DNA of 64,000 bases from a bacterium. GTDB lineage: Bacteria; Zhuqueibacterota; Zhuqueibacteria; Residuimicrobiales; Krinioviventaceae. Position 1 is the first letter of the stretch. Each line of letters opens with the position of its first letter. A program made the position numbers and the translations under genes. The stretch is taken from positions 3,552,001-3,616,000 of the forward strand of contig CAXXMD010000003.1 of NCBI GenBank assembly GCA_963675755.2, given 5' to 3'. Shown in pieces: positions 46,751 to 56,054 of the stretch. The notes below the pieces were generated by a model. It was not told where the DNA came from. It made no database searches and was given only the letters and a program-made list of their open reading frames with translations.

Positions 46751-47554
46751 TTATTCTTTGATTGCAATTCCTTTGAACCAGGTATAGAAAAAAGTGCCTT
46801 CAGGTGGAGTGCCAGAGCTGCCGAGTTCAGAGATTCCCCGGTCCCAGGTTTCAATATCTACAATCTTTTCATCCAGAATTTGCTTTTTAGAGGATTGAAC
46901 CATAGGAACAATGATCTTGTGGACCATTCCCTCCAGTGCGTTTTTCTTTCCCAGATCTCCATAAATATAACGTGGTGATACGTCCTGAACTTTTAATCCG
47001 GATGCATGCAATAGCGGATATAACCGTCTGCCAATATTGGGATCGTGTCCCAGTTTTCGTTGTGCAGTGATAAGCGCGTTCCAGACTTTTAATGATGCAT
47101 CCGTTTCCGGATTCCAGAAACAGGACCCGTGATCTCCTTCAATTGCTGTTAGTGTGCCGCAGGGTTTTAATACACGTTTACATTCCTGCAATGCCAGGCC
47201 GGGGTTATCCAGATGTTCCAAAACAAAACAGACAAATACATGATCAAATGTATTGTCATTATATGGTAGTTCAAGAATACTGCACTGTTGAAATTTTACA
47301 TTATTGTATTCTTTGGACTGTACAGCTTTTTCCGCTTTTGCAAGTGATTCCTCTGATATATCCAAAGATGTAAATTGTGCATTGGGACTGTTTTTTGCGA
47401 GGATAACTGTTTGTGCGCCCACACCACAACCGGCTTCAAGGACAGATGAGCCTGATGGATAGGTTATACCCTTGTGCAGTATCTGTTCAAGAATTCCGGA
47501 CTGGTCCTGCAATCGTTCAGATTCACGTTCCGAATAACCATGTACGTAGCTCAT
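46751..47554 (-). CDS. class I SAM-dependent methyltransferase
   Basis: VLEAGCGVG, LDIS, FDHVFVCFVLEH, RVLKP. Confidence 0.9.
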   Translation of the reverse strand: MSYVHGYSERESERLQDQSGILEQILHKGITYPSGSSVLEAGCGVGAQTVILAKNSPNAQFTSLDISEESLAKAEKAVQSKEYNNVKFQQCSILELPYNDNTFDHVFVCFVLEHLDNPGLALQECKRVLKPCGTLTAIEGDHGSCFWNPETDASLKVWNALITAQRKLGHDPNIGRRLYPLLHASGLKVQDVSPRYIYGDLGKKNALEGMVHKIIVPMVQSSKKQILDEKIVDIETWDRGISELGSSGTPPEGTFFYTWFKGIAIKE

Positions 47555-47699
47555 ATAAGCCTCTATTTATATGATAAACCATTGTATGTTCTTTTATAAT
47601 GTTTTATAAAGAAAAGGTTCCACCATCCGGGTAAAAAAGATGTAGGATAAAAGCCGGTACGCTCAATTGAGAAGCACATTTGTAAAATTAGAAAGTTGA

Positions 47700-48101
47700 T
47701 TATATTTTTCTTGAATAGAAATAACTGAATGAAAATTTTGTAACAAGAGCTAATCTAAGCAGTATAGCCGTTGTAAATCCATTGCCATTCAAGAGATTTG
47801 GAAAAATTAAAAGTTCGGTAATGACAGAAAAGAGTAAGAGCAGAGCAGTTATGATCAACAAGTCTCTGCGTTCAAGAGGATTCCGATATCCCCATGCCAG
47901 TATGATGGTCCAACCGGTCATAAACAAGGCTGCAATATACATGGCGAGTTGATAATCCGCTCCTGATCCGGTATAACCATTTAAATAATTGGGTATATTG
48001 ATACCAAATGCGATAAAATACCAGTTTAATGCTACCAATGCATCTGCAATTGTGCCGATAAGAAAACTCAGTTTTAACCAGAATATGGCTTTGGTTTTCA
48101 T
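47700..48101 (-). CDS. small four-TM membrane protein, function unknown
   Basis: Four hydrophobic segments. Confidence 0.6.
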   Translation of the reverse strand: MKTKAIFWLKLSFLIGTIADALVALNWYFIAFGINIPNYLNGYTGSGADYQLAMYIAALFMTGWTIILAWGYRNPLERRDLLIITALLLLFSVITELLIFPNLLNGNGFTTAILLRLALVTKFSFSYFYSRKI

Positions 48102-48120
48102 TATTCATCCTTGATTCATT

Positions 48121-48156
48121 AAAAAACGGGCGATGCAAGTTGCACATCGCCCGTTT
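48121..48156 (-). terminator. intrinsic terminator
   Basis: AAACGGGCGATG...CATCGCCCGTTT with an A run on the left side. Confidence 0.75.
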
Positions 48157-48159
48157 AGG

Positions 48160-48555
48160 TCAGGGGATAAAACGTATAATAAGGGGATAGCGATAACGTT
48201 CGCCGTCTCTGGCACGCAAGGCTGCAATGATAGATACTACCAATGCAAAAATTGCTACTGCAACTACCAGAGGTATACCCACCGCTACAAATACCAGAAT
48301 AATGGAAACAATCAAATAAATCATAATGCTGAGTTGAAAATTCACAGCTTCTTTACCCTGATCCGCAACCAGCTCATATTTGTCCCGGTAGATGAGGTAT
48401 AGCACCAGAGGAATAATAACATTGCCTGGTGGAAATAGCATACCTATTAATCCTCCCAGGTGGCAAAAAGATGCCAGCATGCGTTCATCACCGAGGGGAG
48501 ATGGATTTGTTGGGGGTGTTTCGGTTGTTTCCGGAGCTTTTTGCTCTTCACTCAT
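48160..48555 (-). CDS. DUF4870 family membrane protein
   Basis: ERMLASFCHLGG, QGKEAVNFQ, YRYPLIIRFI. Confidence 0.85.
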   Translation of the reverse strand: MSEEQKAPETTETPPTNPSPLGDERMLASFCHLGGLIGMLFPPGNVIIPLVLYLIYRDKYELVADQGKEAVNFQLSIMIYLIVSIILVFVAVGIPLVVAVAIFALVVSIIAALRARDGERYRYPLIIRFIP

Positions 48556-48668
48556 GATGCCTCCTTTATGTTTATTTTAATATACGATCAGTTTATAAAA
48601 TTGTTACTAATATTCCTACATGTTATACACTTTTCCCTTGTGGAATATTCAATAAACTTAATTATTGA

Positions 48669-49580
48669 TTATTTTTGTGATATTCCCATTACATCCATCC
48701 AGTCGATGAGGCGTGTGGGCCATGAGGTCACAGGACCGCCTTTAACACCAAGACCGAAACCATGGCCACCTTTTAAATATACGTGCATTTCTGCCGGTGT
48801 GTTTTGTTCCAGGAGTAAGCGGTATAAATGCGTTGATTTCAGCGCAGGGGTGGTCTTGTCATCTGCTGCCTGAATGAGAAATGTAGGTGGAAAAGGATTG
48901 GGTATCATGTTGTCAGTTATATTGATTAACCAGGGGTAAACCAGTACCGCATAATCAGGTTTACTGCTGACGCGCGCAACAGGGTCTGCTGCTGCGGGAT
49001 CTCCGGCATTTCCTAAAATTGATACATTACAGGCAAGGTTTCCTCCAGCAGAGAAACCCATTACACCGATCTTTTCAGGATCAATATTCCATTTTTTTGC
49101 ATGATAACGTGTGATCTGTACCGCTCGTAATCCGTCAGCAAATATTGCATCCAGTTTGGTCTTGTCGGTGTTGTCACCTTTCATGGGATCGTGAACCGGC
49201 CAGGTACGATATTTAACCACAATTGCTGCTATTCCATGTGAATTTAATACTTTGGCTACATCATAACCTTCTTTGTCGATAGTGACTTTGACGTATCCAC
49301 CACCGGGATAAATGACAATAGCCGCACCGGTCGCTTTATCTTTATCAGGAAGGTATACGGTCATATTGGGTTGTGAAACATGCCAGTACGCGCGATTGAA
49401 TCCCAATTCGTTACGGTCCGTATCGCGGTTTTCAAGTTCTTCCGCTTTTTCATGTTGAATTGTATTGATTGGAGGCGTTCCCGGCCAAAGGGGCAGTGTT
49501 TCTGGTGTTTGGGCATAGATGTTAAATTGAAAAAAAGTTAAGCAGATTACTGTTAAAATTTGGATATTGAGCTTGTTCAT
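48669..49580 (-). CDS. secreted alpha/beta hydrolase (carbohydrate esterase-like)
   Basis: PGGGY, GFSAGG, DD and GGHGFG motifs. Confidence 0.85.
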   Translation of the reverse strand: MNKLNIQILTVICLTFFQFNIYAQTPETLPLWPGTPPINTIQHEKAEELENRDTDRNELGFNRAYWHVSQPNMTVYLPDKDKATGAAIVIYPGGGYVKVTIDKEGYDVAKVLNSHGIAAIVVKYRTWPVHDPMKGDNTDKTKLDAIFADGLRAVQITRYHAKKWNIDPEKIGVMGFSAGGNLACNVSILGNAGDPAAADPVARVSSKPDYAVLVYPWLINITDNMIPNPFPPTFLIQAADDKTTPALKSTHLYRLLLEQNTPAEMHVYLKGGHGFGLGVKGGPVTSWPTRLIDWMDVMGISQK

Positions 49581-49608
49581 TTTATACCTCTGGGTTTGCC
49601 TTTATTTT

Positions 49609-49680
49609 ACCACGGAGGCACAGAGAACACAGAGAAAAAAATGAGTAATTTTCCCTCTGTGAACTCGGTGCCTCTGTGGT
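49609..49680. repeat. CAC[AG]GAG periodic inverted repeat downstream of the GxxExxY gene
   Basis: ACCACGGAGGCACAGAGAACACAGAG / CTCTGTGAACTCGGTGCCTCTGTGGT (22 of 26 paired, 20-nt spacer). Confidence 0.85.
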
Positions 49681-49722
49681 TATTTAATAGTTTCAATTTT
49701 GCTATTATTGTTGAATGAAAAT

Positions 49723-50106
49723 TTAATCTAAAATCATTCTTTTTATTCCATCTTTTAGAATACACTCGTTAAAGTTCAAAATCAAACCTAATTTTATACC
49801 CGTTAATTTCAAATAGGTTAACAATTGAGCCATATGTATTGGCTCAATCCTCTGTACAGTTTTTAGTTCTAGTAGTACTTTGTTTTCAACGATTATATCT
49901 GCTTTATATGCACAATCAAGTTTATTGCTTTTGTAGATTATTGGAACCGGGCTTTGTCTAATATATTGTAATTTTTGTTCTTCGAGTTCGATGCATAAAC
50001 AGCGTTCATATGCTGATTCCAACAATCCAGGCCCTAAATGTTTGTGTACCTCGATAGCACATTTGATTATTTTACCTGTTAATTGATTAATTTCATTATT
50101 AATCAT
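49723..50106 (-). CDS. GxxExxY protein (PD-(D/E)XK nuclease-like family)
   Basis: LGPGLLESAY, ADIIVENKVLLELK, AQLLTYLK, GLILNF. Confidence 0.92.
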   Translation of the reverse strand: MINNEINQLTGKIIKCAIEVHKHLGPGLLESAYERCLCIELEEQKLQYIRQSPVPIIYKSNKLDCAYKADIIVENKVLLELKTVQRIEPIHMAQLLTYLKLTGIKLGLILNFNECILKDGIKRMILD

Positions 50107-50123
50107 ATTACCCCCTTGTAATT

Positions 50124-50148
50124 CTTTGTGGCTTTGTGCCTCCGTGTG
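50124..50148 (-). repeat. single arm of the CAC[AG]GAG repeat upstream of the GxxExxY gene
   Basis: Minus strand CACACGGAGGCACAAAGCCACAAAG, ending 17 bp before the start codon. Confidence 0.75.
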
Positions 50149-50172
50149 AGTTAAATGCTTTTTATTTTAATC

Positions 50173-50946
50173 CTATCTATTTTTAAAAACCGGTTCGCGT
50201 TTTTCTACAAAGGCGTTGAGGGCCTCGGTTTGGTCTTCAGAGTTGACACAGGCGTAAAGTGCAAGGCTTTCCTGGGTACAGAGATCATTAATGTCGTACG
50301 GATAGCGGTTCAGCATCCGCTTGGATAACCGGTTGCCAATGGGGGATAGCTTTGCAATCTGTTTCGCAATTTCAATAACTTTATCCATAAGTACATCCCC
50401 GGAAAATATATCATGCACTAATCCCCAGTCTTTGGCTGTTGCTGCATCCAGGATTTTTGCTGTAAATATCATCTCTTTTGTACGGGCAACGCCTATATAG
50501 CGGGGTACTCTAAAAGTACCACCCCAGCCGGTAATCATACCCACACGGGATTCCGGCAGACCAAACTTGGCAGTGTCAACTGCATAACGCAAATCACATG
50601 CTGACGCGAATTCGAGACCGCCACCCATACAAAAACCATTTATTGCCGCAATCACCGGGCAGGGGAATTGTTCAACCTTGTTCAATACCCGGTGCCCTGC
50701 AAGTGCAAACTGGCGTCCCGTTTCTGCATCAAACTCTTTTAATTTTTTCAAATCCGCACCGGCGCAAAAGGCTTTTCCTGTTCCGGTAAAGATAACTGCG
50801 CGGGTGTTTTCTTTATCCAGCTCATCCAGTGCGGCTTCTATATCATCCAACAGATCAAATGAAAATGCATTGAGTACGTCGGGACGGTTGATGCGAAAGC
50901 TGACTATATGTTCATCTATTTGTTCTTTTACAAGTTGGTCATTCAT
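50173..50946 (-). CDS. enoyl-CoA hydratase/isomerase
   Basis: AFCAGADL, GGGLE, FGLPE, AFVEKREPVF. Confidence 0.92.
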   Translation of the reverse strand: MNDQLVKEQIDEHIVSFRINRPDVLNAFSFDLLDDIEAALDELDKENTRAVIFTGTGKAFCAGADLKKLKEFDAETGRQFALAGHRVLNKVEQFPCPVIAAINGFCMGGGLEFASACDLRYAVDTAKFGLPESRVGMITGWGGTFRVPRYIGVARTKEMIFTAKILDAATAKDWGLVHDIFSGDVLMDKVIEIAKQIAKLSPIGNRLSKRMLNRYPYDINDLCTQESLALYACVNSEDQTEALNAFVEKREPVFKNR

Positions 50947-50969
50947 TGTGTTGATCCTTTCATTGGGTA

Positions 50970-52535
50970 TTAAAAACCTTTGAAAATATCGGGTTTCATT
51001 TCATTCATGCGTTGAGGATAAAAAATCTCTTGCGGCATGGTTTTTAGAGGGCTTGCTATCTCGGGAGTAAATTCCATTTGTGCGAGTATATCTTTTTCGA
51101 GATCAATACCGGGAGCGATTTCTATGAGCCTGAGACCCGATGCAACCCGCTCGAATACGGCGCGTTCTGTTACATAAAGTACACGTTGATCTTTTTCAAG
51201 TGCATACTTGCCGCTGAAAGTGATTTGCTCTACTTGAGGGATGAATTTTTTGACTTTACCTTCCTGCAGGATATTCAGTTTGCCGTCAACAATTTCTACT
51301 TTTAATCCACCCGCGGTAAAGGTAGCACAGAATACAACCTGTTTTGCGTTTTGAGAGATATCAATAAAGCCGCCGCAGCCGGCAATATTTTTGCCAAATT
51401 TGCTGACATTGATGTTACCATCCTGGTCCGCCTGGGCCATACCCAGGAATGTCATATCGAGTCCGCCTCCGTGATAAAAATCAAACAGGGCGGGGGCATC
51501 TACAATCATATCCGGATTATAGCCTGCACCAAAGATGGCACCTTTGGCGGGCACACCACCAACAATCCCTTGTTCTACGCTAAAAGTAATTTTTTGAGAA
51601 AGGCCTTCTTCCGCGGCTATATTGGCAACTCCATCAGATATTCCAAAACCCAGATTGACGACGGTATCTGGTGCCAGTTCCAATGCGGCACGCCGTGCTA
51701 CGATTTTGCGAACATCGAAATTCAGAGGTTTGATGTTGTCCATAGGGATTTTCAGTTCACCACTGAAAGAGGGCTCGTATTCGGATTCGCAGGTTTGCCA
51801 TTGTTCGGGAACAACAACAATAGCATCTACCATGCAAGCAGGTACTTTGACCATACGTGGATGCAGTGTGTTGGCCTTGGCTTTACGTTTAACCTGAGCG
51901 ATGACCAAGCCGCCACTATTATGAGCAGCCTGAGATGCTGCCAGAATGTCAAGATCTACTGCTTCGCGTTCAACAGAGATGTTGCCCGCTTCATCAGCAC
52001 TGGTGCCTCTGATGAGGGTTACATTTATGGGAAATGTTGGGAAAAACAGCTGTTCTTTACCTGCTAATGTAACACGCTGAACAATATCATCTTTAGATTT
52101 TTTATTGAGTTTACCACCTTCTAAATTCGGATCAACAAAGGTATGCATTCCAATGGTAGTTAAAAGCCCTGAACGTTTAGCTGCTATTTCACGTGCCAGT
52201 AAGGAGATGACTCCCTGAGGCAGGTTATATGCTTCTATTTCTTCATCGAGCGCGAGTTTTCCCATTTCAGGTGACCAGCCCCAATGGCCTCCAATTACCC
52301 GTTTTACCATCCCCTTGTGCGCAAAATGAGCAACACCAGTCCCATTTCCGCTTCCCACACCAGTAACATGAACCAATGTGAGATTATAAGGCCCCTTGTT
52401 TTCCAGGAAACGTTTTTCAATACCAATGTAGAGGTGTTCTGCATCTAAAAGTCCACCACCGGAACCGCAAAGCAGAACCGTATCATTGTCTTTGATCAAA
52501 TTCGCAGCCTGGTCAATTGTGAGGAATTGAGGCAT
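50970..52535 (-). CDS. acyl-CoA:acetate CoA-transferase (YdiF/Pct-type fused subunits)
   Basis: YNLPQG, VNLGFG, VEQG catalytic Glu, GCGGFIDISQNA, YVTERAVF. Confidence 0.9.
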   Translation of the reverse strand: MPQFLTIDQAANLIKDNDTVLLCGSGGGLLDAEHLYIGIEKRFLENKGPYNLTLVHVTGVGSGNGTGVAHFAHKGMVKRVIGGHWGWSPEMGKLALDEEIEAYNLPQGVISLLAREIAAKRSGLLTTIGMHTFVDPNLEGGKLNKKSKDDIVQRVTLAGKEQLFFPTFPINVTLIRGTSADEAGNISVEREAVDLDILAASQAAHNSGGLVIAQVKRKAKANTLHPRMVKVPACMVDAIVVVPEQWQTCESEYEPSFSGELKIPMDNIKPLNFDVRKIVARRAALELAPDTVVNLGFGISDGVANIAAEEGLSQKITFSVEQGIVGGVPAKGAIFGAGYNPDMIVDAPALFDFYHGGGLDMTFLGMAQADQDGNINVSKFGKNIAGCGGFIDISQNAKQVVFCATFTAGGLKVEIVDGKLNILQEGKVKKFIPQVEQITFSGKYALEKDQRVLYVTERAVFERVASGLRLIEIAPGIDLEKDILAQMEFTPEIASPLKTMPQEIFYPQRMNEMKPDIFKGF

Positions 52536-52556
52536 TTATACTACTCCTTGTACTGA

Positions 52557-53945
52557 TTATAAAAGACTCTTTGTATATTGGTTACATTTATTTTGTAATT
52601 GTGATTTTTCACTCGAGTATTTGGGATTATTTGCAAGATTGTTTTTTTCATGCGGATCATTTTCCAGATCATACAATTCTTCATATACCGGATTTTGTTC
52701 CATATATCTCAGGTATTTGAATTTATGAGTAACCACGCCCTCGGATTTTGGAATACGTTCATGATTAAATAAATGTTCATAAAAGAATTCAGTTCTCCAT
52801 TCGGGATTTTTATGAGAGACAACCGGTTTAAGGCTTTTTCCCTGCATTTCTTCAGGTATAGTTAGACCCGCATAATCGAGAATGGTTGGTGCAATATCAA
52901 TATTTAGTGTCATTTGAGAATGTTTTTTACCGCGTTGAGATTTTGGCAGGCGGGGATCGTGAATAATCATGGGAACCCGTATAGATTCCTCATGTCCGTA
53001 CCATTTACCGGCAAGACCATGTTCTCCCAGATAGAATCCATTATCTCCGGTATATAAAATGATGGTATTTTGATCAAGATTGTTTTGTTTCAGAGTATTC
53101 ATAATCCGTTCAACAACTTTGTCTACTCCTGTTATAAGGCGGTAATAACCTTTGACTGAATTTTGGTATTTTTCGGGAGTAGAAAAGCGAATGTCCCAGC
53201 GGCGCCGGGCTTCATTGTCTTTTTTGAAAAACTCGGGAAAGCTGTCATAGTATTTGGGATCGGCTGTTTCAGGTTCGGGTATGGTAACGTCTTTGTACAG
53301 GTCTTTGTATTGTGGATCATAGATGAACTGACGGGGGTCACCATCCTGTACATGCGGTGCTTTAAAGCTGATAGATAAGCAAAACGGGGCCTGATTGTTC
53401 TGCATATTCAGAAATTCTTCTGCCTGGTCTCCCATAATACTGGTTAAATGTTTGGGATTACCTTGCGAATCAGTCTGTTCGTATTTGGGTTGTCCGGGAA
53501 TGCCTTTCCAGTAATCAAAAGAGGATTCTGGCATTGTATTACCCACACCCCACTTGCCGATAAAACCGGTTTGATATCCTGCCTGCTTTAATAACAGGGG
53601 ATAGGTATTGTTTAATGCTTGCGTGGAAAAGGGAGAAGAAAAACCATGTATACCATGTCTGCGGGCATATTGTCCACTGAATATGCTGGCGCGGCTTGTA
53701 CAACAAATGGATGTTGTTACAAATGCATTGCTAAACATTGCACCATCATCTGCAAGGGCATCAATGTTTGGTGTTTGAATAATAGAATTTCCGGCACATC
53801 CTAGTGCATCCCATCTTTGGTCATCAGTCAGCAAAAAAATGATGTTAGGTGGTTTTTGCTGACCTTTTGAACAAGATATAAAAGGAGTAGTAGCTGCCAG
53901 GCCTGCCATGTTTTTGATAAACTGTCTGCGCGATGATTTTTTCAT
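52557..53945 (-). CDS. sulfatase, Tat-exported lipoprotein
   Basis: SRRQFIK, FISC, TDDQR, CCTSRAS, GKW, GDNG. Confidence 0.9.
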   Translation of the reverse strand: MKKSSRRQFIKNMAGLAATTPFISCSKGQQKPPNIIFLLTDDQRWDALGCAGNSIIQTPNIDALADDGAMFSNAFVTTSICCTSRASIFSGQYARRHGIHGFSSPFSTQALNNTYPLLLKQAGYQTGFIGKWGVGNTMPESSFDYWKGIPGQPKYEQTDSQGNPKHLTSIMGDQAEEFLNMQNNQAPFCLSISFKAPHVQDGDPRQFIYDPQYKDLYKDVTIPEPETADPKYYDSFPEFFKKDNEARRRWDIRFSTPEKYQNSVKGYYRLITGVDKVVERIMNTLKQNNLDQNTIILYTGDNGFYLGEHGLAGKWYGHEESIRVPMIIHDPRLPKSQRGKKHSQMTLNIDIAPTILDYAGLTIPEEMQGKSLKPVVSHKNPEWRTEFFYEHLFNHERIPKSEGVVTHKFKYLRYMEQNPVYEELYDLENDPHEKNNLANNPKYSSEKSQLQNKCNQYTKSLL

Positions 53946-53948
53946 ACC

Positions 53949-54599
53949 TTATCCTTGTATTAATCGTTTTTCCTGAACGGTTCCACCACAAATATTGGTA
54001 ACGCGTTCTAGAAATATATTATTATAGGTTTCCAGTTGCGAGTCTGGTAGAGATGTTGGGGCGAAAATTAATAATACTGCATTATGGGTTTTTACATCAA
54101 CTGCGGTGCGTTTGGAATCTGTTATGGGAGAGCCAAAGGGACCGAGGTTATCTGCAACACAAAACCGATCATACAAGTGGACCTCGTTGTTGTTGTGCCC
54201 AAAATATGATTCTCCTTCCAACCCCATTCGAAAGGTGATATTTCCCTCAATCTTGTCTGCATCGTAAACGCAAATAGGTAACAGGAAATCCAGTGAACAC
54301 CAGTTACCTGTATCAACCAGAGTGTTTATAGAATAAAGCTCTTTATTTTTAATTGCGCGATTTAATAATGCTTCTGACGATGGTCTGCGTTTGGTGGGAT
54401 CTAGCTTGATTGCTCTGAAAAATTCTCTGGCATATTGTACGCCATTAATTTGACTAATGGGAGTGTTTTCATATTGATCATTATAGTGCTTTGCAGTAGA
54501 AATTAATTGTGAATATGCAGTATTCTCTATAGTGATCTGCAGGGAATTGACCGTGATCACACCGAGTTTGACCGGGAGATTTGATTCAATTTGCCACAT
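53949..54599 (-). CDS. B3/B4 domain protein (PheRS-beta editing-like)
   Basis: DPTKRRPSSEALLNR, INTLVD, YDADKI, GPFGSP..DS.RT. Confidence 0.85.
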   Translation of the reverse strand: MWQIESNLPVKLGVITVNSLQITIENTAYSQLISTAKHYNDQYENTPISQINGVQYAREFFRAIKLDPTKRRPSSEALLNRAIKNKELYSINTLVDTGNWCSLDFLLPICVYDADKIEGNITFRMGLEGESYFGHNNNEVHLYDRFCVADNLGPFGSPITDSKRTAVDVKTHNAVLLIFAPTSLPDSQLETYNNIFLERVTNICGGTVQEKRLIQG

Positions 54600-54679
54600 A
54601 ATTGTATCCAGTTTTATTTATAAATATAAATTTTTATATGTGAAAACCAATATAAAACTAGGTGTAATAGGGGGCGGGT

Positions 54680-54709
54680 AAAAAAAAAGACCGCCAATGG
54701 GTGGCGGTC
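54680..54709 (-). terminator. intrinsic terminator
   Basis: Minus strand GACCGCCA-CCCAT-TGGCGGTC followed by a T run. Confidence 0.8.
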
Positions 54710-54715
54710 CTGTTT

Positions 54716-55825
54716 CTAAAGTTGAATGAATTGGATTATAGTCTTGCCGATGTGGGTATTATCCTGAATGCCTGCAAGGGCATCACTACCCGGTCCATAA
54801 GCAAACAATGGAACCATGGTACCGGAATGTCCGCCAGAAGTAAACAGGGTTTTGGTAACAGTTTTTTCTTCAATTGAACCATCTTGTAATGAAAATCCAC
54901 CGGTTTCGTGATCTGCGGTAACGATAACAAGTGTGTTCTCGTCCTGTTCCGCAAAATCCATTCCTGCACCAATAGCATCATCAAAATCAACCATTTCACC
55001 TATAATGTATTCCGGTTCGTTATCATGACCACCCCAGTCAATTTGTGAGCCTTCAACCATGAGAATAAAACCATCTTTATTCTTTGACAGAATGCGGATT
55101 GCCTTTGCTGTCAATTCAGCCAATGAAATTTGACGTTCATTGGCTTGTGGGGGGTGGTTGGGATATAACAGGGCAGCGGCAGGTTTTTCTTCATCCAGTT
55201 GATTATATTCTTCAGGTGTGAGGGCAAGCTGCATTCTCTGTTTCATTAATGATAACAGGTCTTTGTCATCCTCACGTTTGCTGTCTTGAGCAGATTGGGG
55301 GATGAAATATGCCCAGCCGCTATTAAAAAGAACAGTCAGTGGGAAATTTGCAACCTGTTCTGCTATTTCATTTTGCATTCCGCGTTTTGCAACGTGAGAA
55401 ACAAATCCGGCAGGGGTTGCATGAGTTACTGAGCATGTACTAACCAAGCCGGTAGACATGTTTTTTTCAATTGCGTATTCGAAAGCATTTTTTATAGGTT
55501 CACCATCTGGTGTTTGGCCGATTGTGCCATTTGAGGTTTTTACACCTGTAGACATTGCTGTTGCACCTGCAGCAGAATCGGTAACATATTTGTTTTGAGA
55601 ATGTGTAGTTACCAGTCCCAATGTTTTAAAACGTTCCAGGTTTAATGTACCTTTAACAGTTTTGCCCGCTGTAACCTGGCTTGTGCCCATCCCATCACCA
55701 ATAAAAATAATAACGTTTTTTGGAATATTATTAGATTGAATTTCATCCTGACTTTTTGAAAAGTTGAGAAATGTAATAATGGTGAGTGCAATAAAAGTAA
55801 ATATTATTACGATTTTTTTTGGCAT
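54716..55825 (-). CDS. alkaline phosphatase (PhoA family)
   Basis: IGDGMG, TDSAAGAT, THATPA, VEGSQIDWGGH and TADHETGG motifs; ATG 55825. Confidence 0.9.
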   Translation of the reverse strand: MPKKIVIIFTFIALTIITFLNFSKSQDEIQSNNIPKNVIIFIGDGMGTSQVTAGKTVKGTLNLERFKTLGLVTTHSQNKYVTDSAAGATAMSTGVKTSNGTIGQTPDGEPIKNAFEYAIEKNMSTGLVSTCSVTHATPAGFVSHVAKRGMQNEIAEQVANFPLTVLFNSGWAYFIPQSAQDSKREDDKDLLSLMKQRMQLALTPEEYNQLDEEKPAAALLYPNHPPQANERQISLAELTAKAIRILSKNKDGFILMVEGSQIDWGGHDNEPEYIIGEMVDFDDAIGAGMDFAEQDENTLVIVTADHETGGFSLQDGSIEEKTVTKTLFTSGGHSGTMVPLFAYGPGSDALAGIQDNTHIGKTIIQFIQL

Positions 55826-56009
55826 TTCGAGTCCTTTTCTGGTTCCATTTATTAATCTATACCCGCAGAATTCTAAAATTGAAGAGAAATATAATGAAAT
55901 GATTGTTATATAACAAATCAAATCAAGACAAATAAAATATATTTGAATTTTATGATCAGAATTAAATTTATTGTAATAATAATTTTTAAAAAAATATTCC
56001 GGGCTAAAG

Positions 56010-56048
56010 AAAAAATCCGGTGAAAGGTTGTTTGTTTTTCACCGGATT
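56010..56048 (-). terminator. intrinsic terminator
   Basis: AATCCGGTGAAA...TTTCACCGGATT with an A run on the left side. Confidence 0.75.
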
Positions 56049-56054
56049 AAATAA

